Part shown: positions 1 to 10,017 of the stretch, in pieces | Layout: each line of letters begins with the position of its first letter | Position numbering within the stretch: position 1 is the stretch's first letter | From: Thermodesulfobacteriota bacterium | GTDB lineage: Bacteria > Desulfobacterota > Desulfobacteria > Desulfobacterales > SURF-7 | Length of the DNA: 64,000 bases | NCBI GenBank assembly: GCA_049320885.1 | Contig: JBMORA010000046.1 | Coordinates: 1 to 64,000, forward strand | Reading direction: 5' to 3' | Program-made: the position numbers and the translations under genes | The notes under the pieces: generated by a model | Told to the model about the DNA's origin: nothing | Databases searched by the model: none | Seen by the model: only the letters and a program-made list of their open reading frames with translations

Positions 1-355
1 CGATGCGGTGGGAGGAAAAAAGTCCGGGGATCTGGGACAGATAGGCCGGGATATAGTCGATCTTGCCCTCGAAGGCCGCCTTGCGCAGGGGCTGGCTGAT
101 GAAAAACAGCTTGAGGGCGAACCGCTTGGCAAAGGCCGGGGTGTCCACAAACTGGGCCATGGTATTGGAAAGCATCTGATAAATCGTGATATCCTGCTTG
201 CTTTCGTCCGCCACCATGGCCCGGATCAGGTGCTGGGGCTCCCCGCATCCGGTGCCGATAAAGACGCGGCTGCCGCCCCTGAATTTCGCCATGGCGGCTT
301 CGGCGTTGACCACCTTGGATTTGAACGCTTTTTTCAATCGCTCTGCATGTGCCAT
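1..355 (-). CDS. Acetyl-CoA hydrolase/CoA-transferase family protein, N-terminal part (runs off window start)
   Basis: Not in the ORF track; manual minus-strand translation from ATG at 355 gives MAHAERLKKAFKSKVVNAEAAMAKFRGGSRVFIGTGCGEPQHL...GKIDYIPAYLSQIP, typical of acetyl-CoA hydrolase/4-hydroxybutyrate CoA-transferase N-termini. Confidence 0.8.
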   Translation of the reverse strand, partial: MAHAERLKKAFKSKVVNAEAAMAKFRGGSRVFIGTGCGEPQHLIRAMVADESKQDITIYQMLSNTMAQFVDTPAFAKRFALKLFFISQPLRKAAFEGKIDYIPAYLSQIPGLFSSHRI

Positions 356-440
356 CCGCAATCTCCGGCAAGTGTTGATTTTCTTCCCCGAATTGTAATA
401 CAGCATATAGCCTAACTCAAGCAAGCAAGGAAGGAAGAAA

Positions 441-719
441 ATGGAAAAGGAACTTCTGTTCATCACCGTCATCGGCCATGACCGGAAAGGCATCGTGGCC
501 AAGATTTCAACCCTGCTCTATCAAAGCGACATCAACATCGAGGACATCAACCAGAAAATCATGGGCACCTATTTCGTCATGATCATGCTGGTGGATATGA
601 AATCTTCCCGTCAAAGCCTGGAAGACGTCCGCAAGGGGCTGGAACAGATCGGCGCGGAACTGGGACTGAACATCCAGATCCAGCACGAAAACATTTTCAA
701 GATGATGCACCGGGTGTAG
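441..719 (+). CDS. ACT domain protein (UPF0237)
   Basis: [16 protein letters not shown]...[12 protein letters not shown]; customary partner directly upstream of DUF711. Confidence 0.9.
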   Translation: MEKELLFITVIGHDRKGIVAKISTLLYQSDINIEDINQKIMGTYFVMIMLVDMKSSRQSLEDVRKGLEQIGAELGLNIQIQHENIFKMMHRV

Positions 720-721
720 CC

Positions 722-2080
722 ATGACCATATCCGTCGAAGAAGTGTTTGAAACCGCGAGTATGATTCTCCATCAGAACCTGGACATTCGCACCACCACCC
801 TGGGGATCAATCTGAAGGATTGTATTCACAGTGATTTTAATCGTTTTAAGGACAATGTCCATCAAAAAATCAGCGTCAACGCCGAAAAGCTGGTGACGGA
901 AGCCGGGAAACTCGAATCCAAATACGGCATCCCCATCGTCAACAAGCGGATCGCCGTCACCCCCGTCAGCCTGATCATGGAAACCCATTGCACCCCGGAA
1001 CGCTACGTGGACATGGCCAAAACCCTGGACAAGGCGGCGGCGGACGCCGGCATCGATTTCATCGGCGGATTCGGCGCCCTGGTGCAGAAAGGCCTGACCC
1101 TGTCCGACAAGGTTCTGATCGCAGCCCTTCCGGACGTCTTCGCCGCCACGGAACGTGTCTGCGCTTTTCTGAATGTGGGCACCCATGTGGCCGGGATGAA
1201 TCTGGATGCCGTGAACCTCCTGGGCCCCATGCTGAAAAAGACGGCGCAACAAACGGTCAACGCCGTGGGCTGCGCCAAATTCGTGGTCTTTGCCAACGCC
1301 CCCGAGGACAATCCGTTCATGGCCGGCGCCTTTCACGGCGTGGGCGAGCCGGACATGTCCCTCAACGTGGGCATCAGCGGTCCCGGCGTGGTGTACCGGG
1401 TCGTAAAACAGAACAAGGACGGGGATCTGACCCAGCTTTCGGAGATCATCAAACGCACGGTTTTTAAAATCACCCGCAGCGGTGAACTTGTCGGCCGGGA
1501 ACTTGCCCGGAATCTGGGCATTCCCTTCGGCATCGTCGACATCTCCCTGGCGCCCACCACCGCCAAGGGCGACTCGGTGGCCGATATCGTGGAAGCCTTC
1601 GGCATCGAAGCCGTGGGCGCCCATGGCACCACCCTGGCCATTGCCCTGCTGATGGACGCCGTCAAAAAAGGCGGGGCCATGGCCAGCGGCAATGTCGGCG
1701 GTCTCAGCGGCACGTTCATCCCCGTCAGCGAGGACTCGGGCATGATCGCGGCCGTGAAAAACGGCGCCCTGGATTTGAACAAACTGGAAGCCCTGACATC
1801 CGTATGTTCCGTGGGGCTGGACATGTTCGCCGTCCCCGGGGACACGCCGGAGGAGATCATCAACGCCATCATCGCCGACGAACTGGCCATCGGCATCATC
1901 AACAACAAAACCACCGCCGTCCGCATCCTGCCCATTCCCGGTAAAACCGCGGGCGATTCGGTCGACTTCGGCGGACTCCTGGGCGAGGTCCCGGTCATGA
2001 AGGTCAATCCGTTTTCCGCCAGCCAGTTTCTGAAAAGGGGCGGACGGCTGCCGGCGCCGGTGACCAGTCTGCGGAATTGA
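722..2080 (+). CDS. DUF711/UPF0210 (PFL-like fold) protein
   Basis: [49 protein letters not shown]-terminal PAPVTSLRN. Confidence 0.93.
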   Translation: MTISVEEVFETASMILHQNLDIRTTTLGINLKDCIHSDFNRFKDNVHQKISVNAEKLVTEAGKLESKYGIPIVNKRIAVTPVSLIMETHCTPERYVDMAKTLDKAAADAGIDFIGGFGALVQKGLTLSDKVLIAALPDVFAATERVCAFLNVGTHVAGMNLDAVNLLGPMLKKTAQQTVNAVGCAKFVVFANAPEDNPFMAGAFHGVGEPDMSLNVGISGPGVVYRVVKQNKDGDLTQLSEIIKRTVFKITRSGELVGRELARNLGIPFGIVDISLAPTTAKGDSVADIVEAFGIEAVGAHGTTLAIALLMDAVKKGGAMASGNVGGLSGTFIPVSEDSGMIAAVKNGALDLNKLEALTSVCSVGLDMFAVPGDTPEEIINAIIADELAIGIINNKTTAVRILPIPGKTAGDSVDFGGLLGEVPVMKVNPFSASQFLKRGGRLPAPVTSLRN

Positions 2081-2122
2081 GCGCAGGCATGGCTGAAAGG
2101 TACCGTACTACAAAATAGCCAT

Positions 2123-2179
2123 ATGCGCTATATCATGCCGTATGTTCTGAGCGACTTGAGCAAGAAAATGGTGTTTAGT
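2123..2179 (+). pseudogene. Possible N-terminal remnant of an AAA_14/DUF4143-type ATPase
   Basis: MRYIMPYVLSDLSKKMVF resembles the RYxxxxIxxDLxKKMVF start that precedes GPRQVGKT in this family; similarity ends before the Walker A motif. Confidence 0.35.
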
Positions 2180-2198
2180 CGACACATTCCATCCACAG

Positions 2199-2310
2199 GT
2201 GTACAATCATGTCGTCCAGGTCTGCCGGGAAAACGGCGACAGCATCAGCATGAAACTCTTCGAGGCCATCATCGACGAGGAGCAGGCCCACTGCAACTAT
2301 TTCGACAGCG
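2199..2310 (+). pseudogene. bfr: Internal fragment of a deltaproteobacterial-type bacterioferritin
   Basis: YNHVVQVCRENGDSISMKLFEAIIDEEQAHCNYFDS matches the C-terminal helices of Desulfovibrio/Geobacter-type Bfr including the ExxH ferroxidase motif; no N-terminal half and no RBS. Confidence 0.7.
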
Positions 2311-2754
2311 CTATTTTTCCGTTGGATTATTCCGCTTTCGCAGGAACTCCTCCTGCTTCTCGAGATACGTTTCCTGTTTCCAGATGATGAGTTCATTGTC
2401 TTTCAGCCATTGTTTACCCGGATCCGTTGCCAGGGAATTGGCTTTCAATTCCAGAAAATAGGCTTGGGCGTCGATGGAAAACGCAACCGGCCCCAATTCG
2501 CCGGTCCCCGCACTCCAGGTCACGTGGACTTCCGCGCGGCTGCTGGAACGGATCTCGAAATCGTAACAGCGAAAGCCCCTGGGGTAGGCCGGCGAAACCA
2601 CATGCCGTATTCCCTCGAAGCGCAGGGCGAAATCGGGATACCGAATCGTCCGATCCCGCGAATAGGCGACCGGTAGGCCGTACACCCCATCAGCGCATTC
2701 TCCCGCTGAACCAACCGATGATAAGACCATGAGGACCATCCAGACCGTTTTCAT
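2311..2754 (-). CDS. Small exported hypothetical protein
   Basis: Signal-peptide-like N-terminus MKTVWMVLMVLSSVGSA; start overlaps the stop of the upstream kinase. Confidence 0.65.
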   Translation of the reverse strand: MKTVWMVLMVLSSVGSAGECADGVYGLPVAYSRDRTIRYPDFALRFEGIRHVVSPAYPRGFRCYDFEIRSSSRAEVHVTWSAGTGELGPVAFSIDAQAYFLELKANSLATDPGKQWLKDNELIIWKQETYLEKQEEFLRKRNNPTEK

Positions 2755-5700
2755 GGGATACTCTCTTTCCGCTCACGAGCTGTTTTCTCCAGAACCTCCC
2801 GTATCGCCAGGGCGATTTCCCGCATGACGATGGGCTTTTTAATGTTCTTGCAGATGCCGGTCTCTCTCGTCTGCTCCTCCGACAGGGAATTGCTGAAGCC
2901 CGAACACAGAATGACGGGGATATCGCCGCGGATTTTTTTCAGCAGTCGCGACAATCTCTCCCCGGACATCTTCGGCATGGCAGAGTCGGTGATCACCAGG
3001 TCAAAGTGTTCCGGATGCTTCCGAAACACCTCGTGAGCCTCGTGACTGCTCGTAAGAACGGTGACCTGGTAGCCGAGGAGCGTGAGCATATCCCCCAGCA
3101 TTCGGGCCAGGACCGCCTCATCGTCCACCACCAGCACCGACTCGGTGCCCCTGGGCACGTCGGCCTCCATGCGGTTTTCCGTTTCCGCCTGCTCCTTGAT
3201 TTTGGGTATCCACACGGTAAAAACCGATCCTTTGCCAAATTCACTGGTGACCCGGATATCACCCCCCAATTTTTTCACAATGCCGTGCACGACGGAAAGT
3301 CCCATGCCGGTCCCCTGCCCGCGTTCCTTGGTCGTGAAATACGGCTCGAAAATCTTATCGATGATCTCATCGGGAATCCCCGTGCCGGTATCGGCCACGG
3401 CCAAGCGGATATAATCACCAGGCTCAAGCGGAAGATTTTCCGGGACTGAATCTCGCTCGACGGTTATCGGTCCCAGTTCAATGGACAGGGTTCCGCCTTC
3501 GGCCGTCATGGCATGGTAGGCGTTGGTGCACAGGTTCATCACGATCTGGTGGATCTGGATCGGGTCCCCCATGATCATGCCGGTGTCCCTGGCAATGGTT
3601 TCACGGAACTCGATGGTGGCCGGAATGGAGGCGCGCAGCAGCCTCAAAACTTCTTTCACGACGAGCCGCATCTCCACCGGCTGCTGGATCAGTTCATCCT
3701 GCCTGCTGAAGGTCAATATCTGATTCACCAAATCCTTGGCCCGCTGGCTGGCCTGGATGACATGGGCCAGCTTGTCCGCGGCGTCGTTGCCATCGGGCAG
3801 CAGCAGCATGGCGATTTCGGTGTAGCCCAGAATAGCCGCCAGGATATTGTTGAAGTCATGGGCGATGCCTCCCGCCAGGGTGCCGATGGCCTCCATTTTC
3901 CGGGCTTGCTGGAGTTCGCTTTCCAGCCGCACTTCACGGGTGATATCGCGTTTGACGGCCACATAGTTGATGATGTTTCCGCTTCCGTCCCGCAAGGGGG
4001 AGATGATGGCATGTTCTTCAAACAAGCTGCCGTCTTTCTTTCTATTGGTTATCCTTCCGGACCAGGTGTTTCCGTTTTTAATGGTTTCCCATAATTGCCG
4101 GTAGAACGCGTTGTCGTGCTTCCCGCTTTTCAACAAGCTGGGTTTCCGGCCCAGGGTTTCGGCGGCCGGATATCCCGTCAGTTTTTCAAACGCCGGATTG
4201 ACATATTCGATATTGCCGGCCGTGTCCGTGATGACAATGATTTCGGCCACCTGCTCAATGGCCATGTCCAGTTTTTTCCGCTCCATGGAGGATTGTTTTT
4301 CCGAGGTGATGTCCTCATATACGCCCATAATGCCCATGACGGCTCCGGTTGCGTCGCATAGGGGCACCTTGCTGGTGCGCAGGAAAATCTTGTTGCCATC
4401 CGGTGTGGTCTGACTTTCCTCGAAAAACAGTCTCGGCTCCAGGGTTTTCAATACCTGGGTGTCGTCCCGGCGATACAGCTCCGCCTCTTGTTTCCAGGGC
4501 ATTTGAAAATCGGTCTTCCCGACGATTTGCTCGGGCGATGCGATTCCGGCATCGTTGGCAAAGAGGCGGTTGCACCCCATGTAGGTAAGCGTCCGGTCTT
4601 TCCAGAAAACCCTCACCGGTATAGTGTCCAGAATGGTTTGCAGCATCTTGTTGGCTTTGAGCAGATGGTCTTCCTTCAGGGTCAGGTTATGCTCGGTTTT
4701 TTTACGTTCACTGATCTCCTGTTGCAGCTCTCTGTGGTAAGCGTCCAACTCGGCGGTAAACTGATCGAAAAATCCGTTCAGCCGCTCGATTTCATTGCCG
4801 GCTGTCTTCGCGGCCCGATCGGAAGGTTTCTGCTTGATTCTCGATTCCAGCTTGCCGACCAGCTGGTTGACCGGGTCCAACAGGGAGACGCTCAGCAGAT
4901 AGCTGATCAGTCCCGAAGCCAGGATGATGAGAATAAAGGAAATGATAAAAATCCGCCGGAAACTTTTCAACGGGGAAAGCATCTCTTCCAAATGGTAGGT
5001 GGATCCAACGATCCAACCGAATTCCGGCATCAGCTGGTAGCAGATCACATTTTCGACGATCTTCTCGTGTCGCGGATCCTGTTCTTCGTATTGGATTTTC
5101 CCCTCTTTCCTGGCGATCATTTCCTCCAGGAAGCGGTTTTTCAGTTCCTTCCGGAACTGCTCCTGACCCGGGACGTCTGGAGGCATGATGAGATTCCCCA
5201 GGCGATCGACGATGAATACATACCCATGAATTCCCAGCCGGATTTGCGAAATGCTTTCCCGGAAGTCATCCATCTGGATCAAATCCGAGAATTCGCTGAC
5301 ATAGGCGGTCACGGAAATGATCCAATCCAGCGGCTCGAAATAGGTCATGTAAAGGGCCTTGGATCGTGGCCGGCTCTCACCCGGATTTTGCCATTCGTAT
5401 TCCAGATACCCTTCTTTCATCTGGATTTGCTGTAGTACAAACGGATGGTTCCGATACGAGGAGCCTTCCACTGCCGAATAGGGGTGGACGACGGCCCGGC
5501 CATGACTGTCGACACAATACAGATAGCCGGTTTCCCCGATTTTCTGGCGCAGCAACAGATCGCGGATATGGCTGACAGCCTCCGCCGCGCTCATTTCGCC
5601 GGACTGATACCGACCCCAGTAATGCTCGGCGGCGGTTCTGCTTTTTTCGGCAGCGGCCTTCAAATAATATTTAATCGACAATCGCCCGGATGTCCGGACG

Positions 5701-5876
5701 CTGTTCAGGATCGAAATGGTTGCATTACCCAATTCTCTTTCATAAGCGACTTCCAGCGCATGAAAGAAAAGAGAATGGATAACGACGCCAGCGATCACAA
5801 AAATCGGAATCAGTATCGCCATGTGACAGAGAAAGATGTTGGTTCCGATGCTGCTATTTTTCAGCAGTGACCTCAT
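2751..5876 (-). CDS. Hybrid sensor histidine kinase (Cache, 2x PAS, HisKA, HATPase, REC)
   Basis: TM helices; LAGGIAHDFNNIL H-box; NLCTNA, DTGTGI, GTGMGL boxes; C-terminal receiver VLVVDDE...DLVITD; GGAGGG RBS before ATG 5876. Confidence 0.93.
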   Translation of the reverse strand: MRSLLKNSSIGTNIFLCHMAILIPIFVIAGVVIHSLFFHALEVAYERELGNATISILNSVRTSGRLSIKYYLKAAAEKSRTAAEHYWGRYQSGEMSAAEAVSHIRDLLLRQKIGETGYLYCVDSHGRAVVHPYSAVEGSSYRNHPFVLQQIQMKEGYLEYEWQNPGESRPRSKALYMTYFEPLDWIISVTAYVSEFSDLIQMDDFRESISQIRLGIHGYVFIVDRLGNLIMPPDVPGQEQFRKELKNRFLEEMIARKEGKIQYEEQDPRHEKIVENVICYQLMPEFGWIVGSTYHLEEMLSPLKSFRRIFIISFILIILASGLISYLLSVSLLDPVNQLVGKLESRIKQKPSDRAAKTAGNEIERLNGFFDQFTAELDAYHRELQQEISERKKTEHNLTLKEDHLLKANKMLQTILDTIPVRVFWKDRTLTYMGCNRLFANDAGIASPEQIVGKTDFQMPWKQEAELYRRDDTQVLKTLEPRLFFEESQTTPDGNKIFLRTSKVPLCDATGAVMGIMGVYEDITSEKQSSMERKKLDMAIEQVAEIIVITDTAGNIEYVNPAFEKLTGYPAAETLGRKPSLLKSGKHDNAFYRQLWETIKNGNTWSGRITNRKKDGSLFEEHAIISPLRDGSGNIINYVAVKRDITREVRLESELQQARKMEAIGTLAGGIAHDFNNILAAILGYTEIAMLLLPDGNDAADKLAHVIQASQRAKDLVNQILTFSRQDELIQQPVEMRLVVKEVLRLLRASIPATIEFRETIARDTGMIMGDPIQIHQIVMNLCTNAYHAMTAEGGTLSIELGPITVERDSVPENLPLEPGDYIRLAVADTGTGIPDEIIDKIFEPYFTTKERGQGTGMGLSVVHGIVKKLGGDIRVTSEFGKGSVFTVWIPKIKEQAETENRMEADVPRGTESVLVVDDEAVLARMLGDMLTLLGYQVTVLTSSHEAHEVFRKHPEHFDLVITDSAMPKMSGERLSRLLKKIRGDIPVILCSGFSNSLSEEQTRETGICKNIKKPIVMREIALAIREVLEKTARERKESIP

Positions 5877-7860
5877 GGCCTTCCCCTCCATTCCCGCCTT
5901 GCTTTTTTTCCGGCCCCGGACCGGTTTCGACCTTGATCACCAGCAGGGTGATATCATCCTCCCGGGGGTGTTCGGCCCGGAATTGTTCCACGGCCCCGAT
6001 CACGGCGGAGGCGATGCCGTCGGCCGTATTCCGGGCATGTTGCCGGATGACGTCCATCAAGGCCTTTTTCCCGAACATCTGGCCGGAGGGGTTGCGGGTC
6101 TCCCAGACGCCATCCGTACCGATGACGATCATCTGACCGGGAACAATGGAACAGCCGGATGCGTCGTATCCGGCCGCTCCGTCCACACCCAGCGGAAGTC
6201 CCCGGCCATCCAGCATGGTAAAATCATCCCGGACCGCATCGTACAGGAATCCCGCATCGTGACCGGCCTTCACCCACTCCAGGCGTTCACGCTTGCGGTC
6301 CAATTCCAGCAGGAAAAGGGTCATGAACCTCCCCGAGTCGCCCACATCCGCGGCCAATTGACGGTTCACGTCCGTCACGATCCGACCGAGAGTACCGGGC
6401 ATGGAATACCGCTGCCGGATCAATGCCCGGGCGGTGGTCATCAGCAGGGCCGACGCTATTCCGTGCCCGGTGACATCCCCCACCACAGCGGCGATTTTTC
6501 CGTTGTTGCGGTCATCCGCTTCCAGGAAATCATAGTAATCGCCTCCGGTTTCATCGCAATAGCGGCTGATCCCGGCGATATCCAGACCGGGAATCCGCGG
6601 CGGCATTTTCGGCAGCAGGTTCTGCTGCACCTCCATGGCCAGGTTCAGGGAGCGCTGCATATGATAGTGCTCCTGCAACATGGGGCCGACTTTGTTGAAG
6701 ACCTGTCCCATGCGGCCGAATTCGTCCTTTGAACGAAAATCCACCCGGGCATTGAAATCGCCGTGGGCCAACCGCTGGGCCGCGTATTCCAGAATTCTCA
6801 CGGGACGCGTCACCGTCCGGGAAAACATCAGCGCCAGGATCGTCAGCAGGCATACCAGAATCCCCAGCCCGATACGGGAAGCCCTCAGGACATCATCGAT
6901 GAGATTCGTAACATAGGCTTCCGCGGCCCGGGCGGGTTTCAGGATCTCCTGGTACGGCAGAATGAAAACCAGGTAACAAGCCGGGTGAATCGGGGCATAA
7001 AACCACAGGCAGTCCTTTCCCCCATAGGGCATGCGGCGCATGTTGTCCCTTCCCTGCTGGAAATCGCGCCGGGCGGCCGCCCATTGTATTTTATCCCCGG
7101 AATCGAGCCACTCCGTTTTTTCAGGATACAGCCAGCCGCCGCCCCTCTCCGCCGCGTTGGCGGCAATGACGGCGACGCGATTGTCATTCTTTTTTTCCGG
7201 GTCCTCGATGACAGCCGCCAGCAGAGCCCGGGTGGACGGCGGCAACGGACCGGATAACGAAGCCTTGCGGAAAAATCCGTCCGCCGAGAGCATAATGGCG
7301 GTAACACCGGCCCATGCCTGGTTCCTGTCCTTCAGCGGCATGGAAACCGTCAGGGCCATTTCGCCGGTCACAGGATCCGGATGGGGCAATGTCCAGACGA
7401 GCCGGCCGAGGGCTTTGGCTTTTTGATACCATTCCATTTGGGCGGGATGGAAATCTTTCGGCATGGGGAAATTGTCCGGATAGGTTAGATACAAACCGTT
7501 TTCCAGGGCCGTGTGTTGCCAGAGAATACGGTTTTTGCCCAGCAGGCGATGGATCCGGAAATAAGCCGCATGCAAACGATGTCCCGGTGTCTGGGAGGTT
7601 GGTAAAAGCCGCAAGGATTCCTCGGCCTGCAATTCCAGGGCGGTTTCCACCTTTTCACGACCCATCCACAACACCCGGGCATAGTTGTCCAGCAGCATTT
7701 TCAAACGGGATTCGACATCGCGGGTGACATAATCGTGCGCCTGTTCCACGAACGTCCGGCCCAGACTGCGCAGGACCGTGACCCCCACCATGCGCATGAT
7801 CAGAATGGGCAGAAACGAAATGACGACAAATAGAATCAGAAGCTTCCAGCGATATTTCAT
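5854..7860 (-). CDS. SpoIIE/PP2C phosphatase with Cache-like periplasmic and HAMP domains
   Basis: ETGGDYYDF, VVGDVTGHG, GTDGVWE, EDDITLLV motifs; HAMP RSKDEFGRM. Confidence 0.92.
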   Translation of the reverse strand: MKYRWKLLILFVVISFLPILIMRMVGVTVLRSLGRTFVEQAHDYVTRDVESRLKMLLDNYARVLWMGREKVETALELQAEESLRLLPTSQTPGHRLHAAYFRIHRLLGKNRILWQHTALENGLYLTYPDNFPMPKDFHPAQMEWYQKAKALGRLVWTLPHPDPVTGEMALTVSMPLKDRNQAWAGVTAIMLSADGFFRKASLSGPLPPSTRALLAAVIEDPEKKNDNRVAVIAANAAERGGGWLYPEKTEWLDSGDKIQWAAARRDFQQGRDNMRRMPYGGKDCLWFYAPIHPACYLVFILPYQEILKPARAAEAYVTNLIDDVLRASRIGLGILVCLLTILALMFSRTVTRPVRILEYAAQRLAHGDFNARVDFRSKDEFGRMGQVFNKVGPMLQEHYHMQRSLNLAMEVQQNLLPKMPPRIPGLDIAGISRYCDETGGDYYDFLEADDRNNGKIAAVVGDVTGHGIASALLMTTARALIRQRYSMPGTLGRIVTDVNRQLAADVGDSGRFMTLFLLELDRKRERLEWVKAGHDAGFLYDAVRDDFTMLDGRGLPLGVDGAAGYDASGCSIVPGQMIVIGTDGVWETRNPSGQMFGKKALMDVIRQHARNTADGIASAVIGAVEQFRAEHPREDDITLLVIKVETGPGPEKKQGGNGGEGHEVTAEK

Positions 7861-8061
7861 AACCGACTCTGGGAACCGACGATGTCCATGGGGTTATCGG
7901 AAAAGAGGATGTCCAGTTTATACCCGGAACATATTCATGAAATCAAGCTGTTTCCTTATTGACAACCATGGCGCCGCTCCTTTGGCATCCAGCCCTTGCT
8001 GGTTCCTTTTCATGGGGTCCGGATCGGCACAAACCGGTTGACAATGCCCCTGTCTCCTGAT

Positions 8062-8106
8062 AAATGAAAAAATGAATTTTTTAATCATATTTTCATATTT
8101 TCATTT
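8062..8106 (+). promoter_or_regulatory. Inverted repeat, probable TetR autoregulatory operator
   Basis: AAATGAAAAAATGAA (8062-8076) / TTCATATTTTCATTT (8092-8106), one mismatch, between TTGACA (8038-8043) and the tetR ATG at 8108. Confidence 0.6.
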
Positions 8107-8107
8107 T

Positions 8108-8782
8108 ATGGCCAAAAAATCAACGCCCGACCAGATATTTACCGCCGCGCTGGCGGTTTTCGCCCGTTACGGTCTTCGTCGCACCCGCATGGAGGACATC
8201 GCCCGGGAACTGGACCTGGCCACCGCCACCCTCTATCGTTATGTGAAAGACAAGCTCGATCTGTACGAAAAAACGGTTGCCTTCGGCATCCGAAGATGGC
8301 AGGCGAAGGTCTTCGAGGCCGTCTCCGCTGAGACGGACGTCACCCGGCAATTCGTGACCATGGCCCGCAAAGGGTATGAATATCTGGCCGGGGATGAGGA
8401 CCTGCGCCGGATCCTGATCAACGATCCGGCGATTTTCCCGTTATCTCCCCGCAAGGTCCGCTTCCCGGATATCGACAAGGCGTCCATCGCCCTGATCCGG
8501 CAGATCCTGCAACACGGCATCGACACCGGGGTGTTCCGGCCCGTGGATGTCGCTCTGGTTTCGGATCTGCTCTATTCCGTCTATGTCATGTTCATTATCA
8601 AGGCCTATATCAAATCCGAGGAGGATTCCGACCGCAGAATGTTTGAGGAAGGGCTTGACCTGATTGTGCGGGGACTGCTCGCCTCCGCCCCGAAAGGCGG
8701 GAGCCGGCCCCCTTCCGACCGGCAAAGCAACCGGCGTCCCCCGCAAGGGCGGTCCGCTTCTCCATCGGAGACCGAACCATGA
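8108..8782 (+). CDS. TetR/AcrR family transcriptional regulator
   Basis: IFTAALAVFARYGLRRTRMEDIARELDLATATLYRYVKDK HTH. Confidence 0.92.
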   Translation: MAKKSTPDQIFTAALAVFARYGLRRTRMEDIARELDLATATLYRYVKDKLDLYEKTVAFGIRRWQAKVFEAVSAETDVTRQFVTMARKGYEYLAGDEDLRRILINDPAIFPLSPRKVRFPDIDKASIALIRQILQHGIDTGVFRPVDVALVSDLLYSVYVMFIIKAYIKSEEDSDRRMFEEGLDLIVRGLLASAPKGGSRPPSDRQSNRRPPQGRSASPSETEP

Positions 8783-8840
8783 ACGCCGAGGGGTATAATC
8801 GCCTCGCGCCACCAACCCAATTTCACAACAGGAGGTAACC

Positions 8841-10007
8841 ATGGACATTTTCATCGACTATCCGGGACGGATCCGAAAAATCCGGGAAGGCATGGCCAAA
8901 CGGGGAATCGATCTGTTTCTGGGGACACGCGGCGTCAGCACGAATTATATCGCCGGCGCATTCGTTCCCTGGCGCAGCGTGGCGCCGGTTTCAAGGGACG
9001 GTTATGTGGGCCTCAACACCCTGCTGATGGACGCCGAGCGCCTGAAGGACGATTCCTGGCTGGACATCATCGTCCCCTGTGCGCCCTTGCCGGGTATGGA
9101 ATTGTGGGAGGTGACGGTCCAGCAGATCAAATCCCTGGGCTTTGAAAAGTCCGTCATCGGCATCGAATTGGGGCATTCCCCGCGGATGATCGCCGGGCAT
9201 TTGTTCGCCACCGAATACCTATATCTGAAGGAGCACCTGCCCAACGCCAGGTTCGTGGACGCCCTGGATCTGATGGACCAGGTGACCTTTGTCAAGGAAC
9301 CGGCGGAGATCAAGCTGATGCGGCACGCCGGAGCCATCGCCGACGCGGCCCAGGAGCGCACCAAGGAAGCGCTGTACGTGGGAATCAGTGAGATGGAAAT
9401 CGCGGGCATCGGTGAGATGGAAATGCGCCGTCTGGGCAGCGAATTCCACTGGCCGGTCACCGGCTCCAACGAAATCGCCTCCGGTCACCGCACCTGGTAT
9501 AACATGGGCGGCTGCACGCCGCCGACGGACAAGATCGTTCAGCGGGGGGAAAGCATCCTCATCGACATGCACCCCACCTACCGGCAGTACTATTCGGATC
9601 TGTCCCATAATTATATCATCGGCCGGCCCTCGCCGGAACAGCGCAAGCTGGCCGATGCCTACGTCGCCGCCGCCGAAATCCTCATCGGGTCGTTGAAAAC
9701 CGGCAACACCGTGGGTCAGGTCTGGAATGCGGTCAACGAGAACGTCAGCGCCTCCGGATACGGCCCCTATACGCTCCCGGGATTCGGCCACGGTCTGGGG
9801 GTGATCGGCCACGAATGGTATCCGGCCATCGTCAACAGCGACGAATTCCGCAATGTGGTGCTGGAGGAAAATGTCGTGGAAGTGGCCGCCCTGGTCATCA
9901 ACGTCCCCGGGGTCGGCGGCATGCGGCTGGAATGTCCGGTGCGGGTCACGGCCCAGGGCGGGGAAATGCTCTGCAAAACCCCGTTGGAACTGACGGTGGT
10001 GGACTGA
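8841..10007 (+). CDS. M24 (Xaa-Pro peptidase/creatinase fold) family protein
   Basis: VKEPAEIKLMR, ILIDM, YYSDL, FGHGLG, GGMRLE motifs; AGGAGG RBS. Confidence 0.88.
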   Translation: MDIFIDYPGRIRKIREGMAKRGIDLFLGTRGVSTNYIAGAFVPWRSVAPVSRDGYVGLNTLLMDAERLKDDSWLDIIVPCAPLPGMELWEVTVQQIKSLGFEKSVIGIELGHSPRMIAGHLFATEYLYLKEHLPNARFVDALDLMDQVTFVKEPAEIKLMRHAGAIADAAQERTKEALYVGISEMEIAGIGEMEMRRLGSEFHWPVTGSNEIASGHRTWYNMGGCTPPTDKIVQRGESILIDMHPTYRQYYSDLSHNYIIGRPSPEQRKLADAYVAAAEILIGSLKTGNTVGQVWNAVNENVSASGYGPYTLPGFGHGLGVIGHEWYPAIVNSDEFRNVVLEENVVEVAALVINVPGVGGMRLECPVRVTAQGGEMLCKTPLELTVVD

Positions 10008-10017
10008 ATTTTCTACT

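Noticed and set aside
722..2080. Second glycyl radical enzyme (DUF711 is often labelled 'PFL family')
   Set aside because: Lacks the RVxG glycine loop and has no adjacent activase; the ACT-DUF711 pair is widespread
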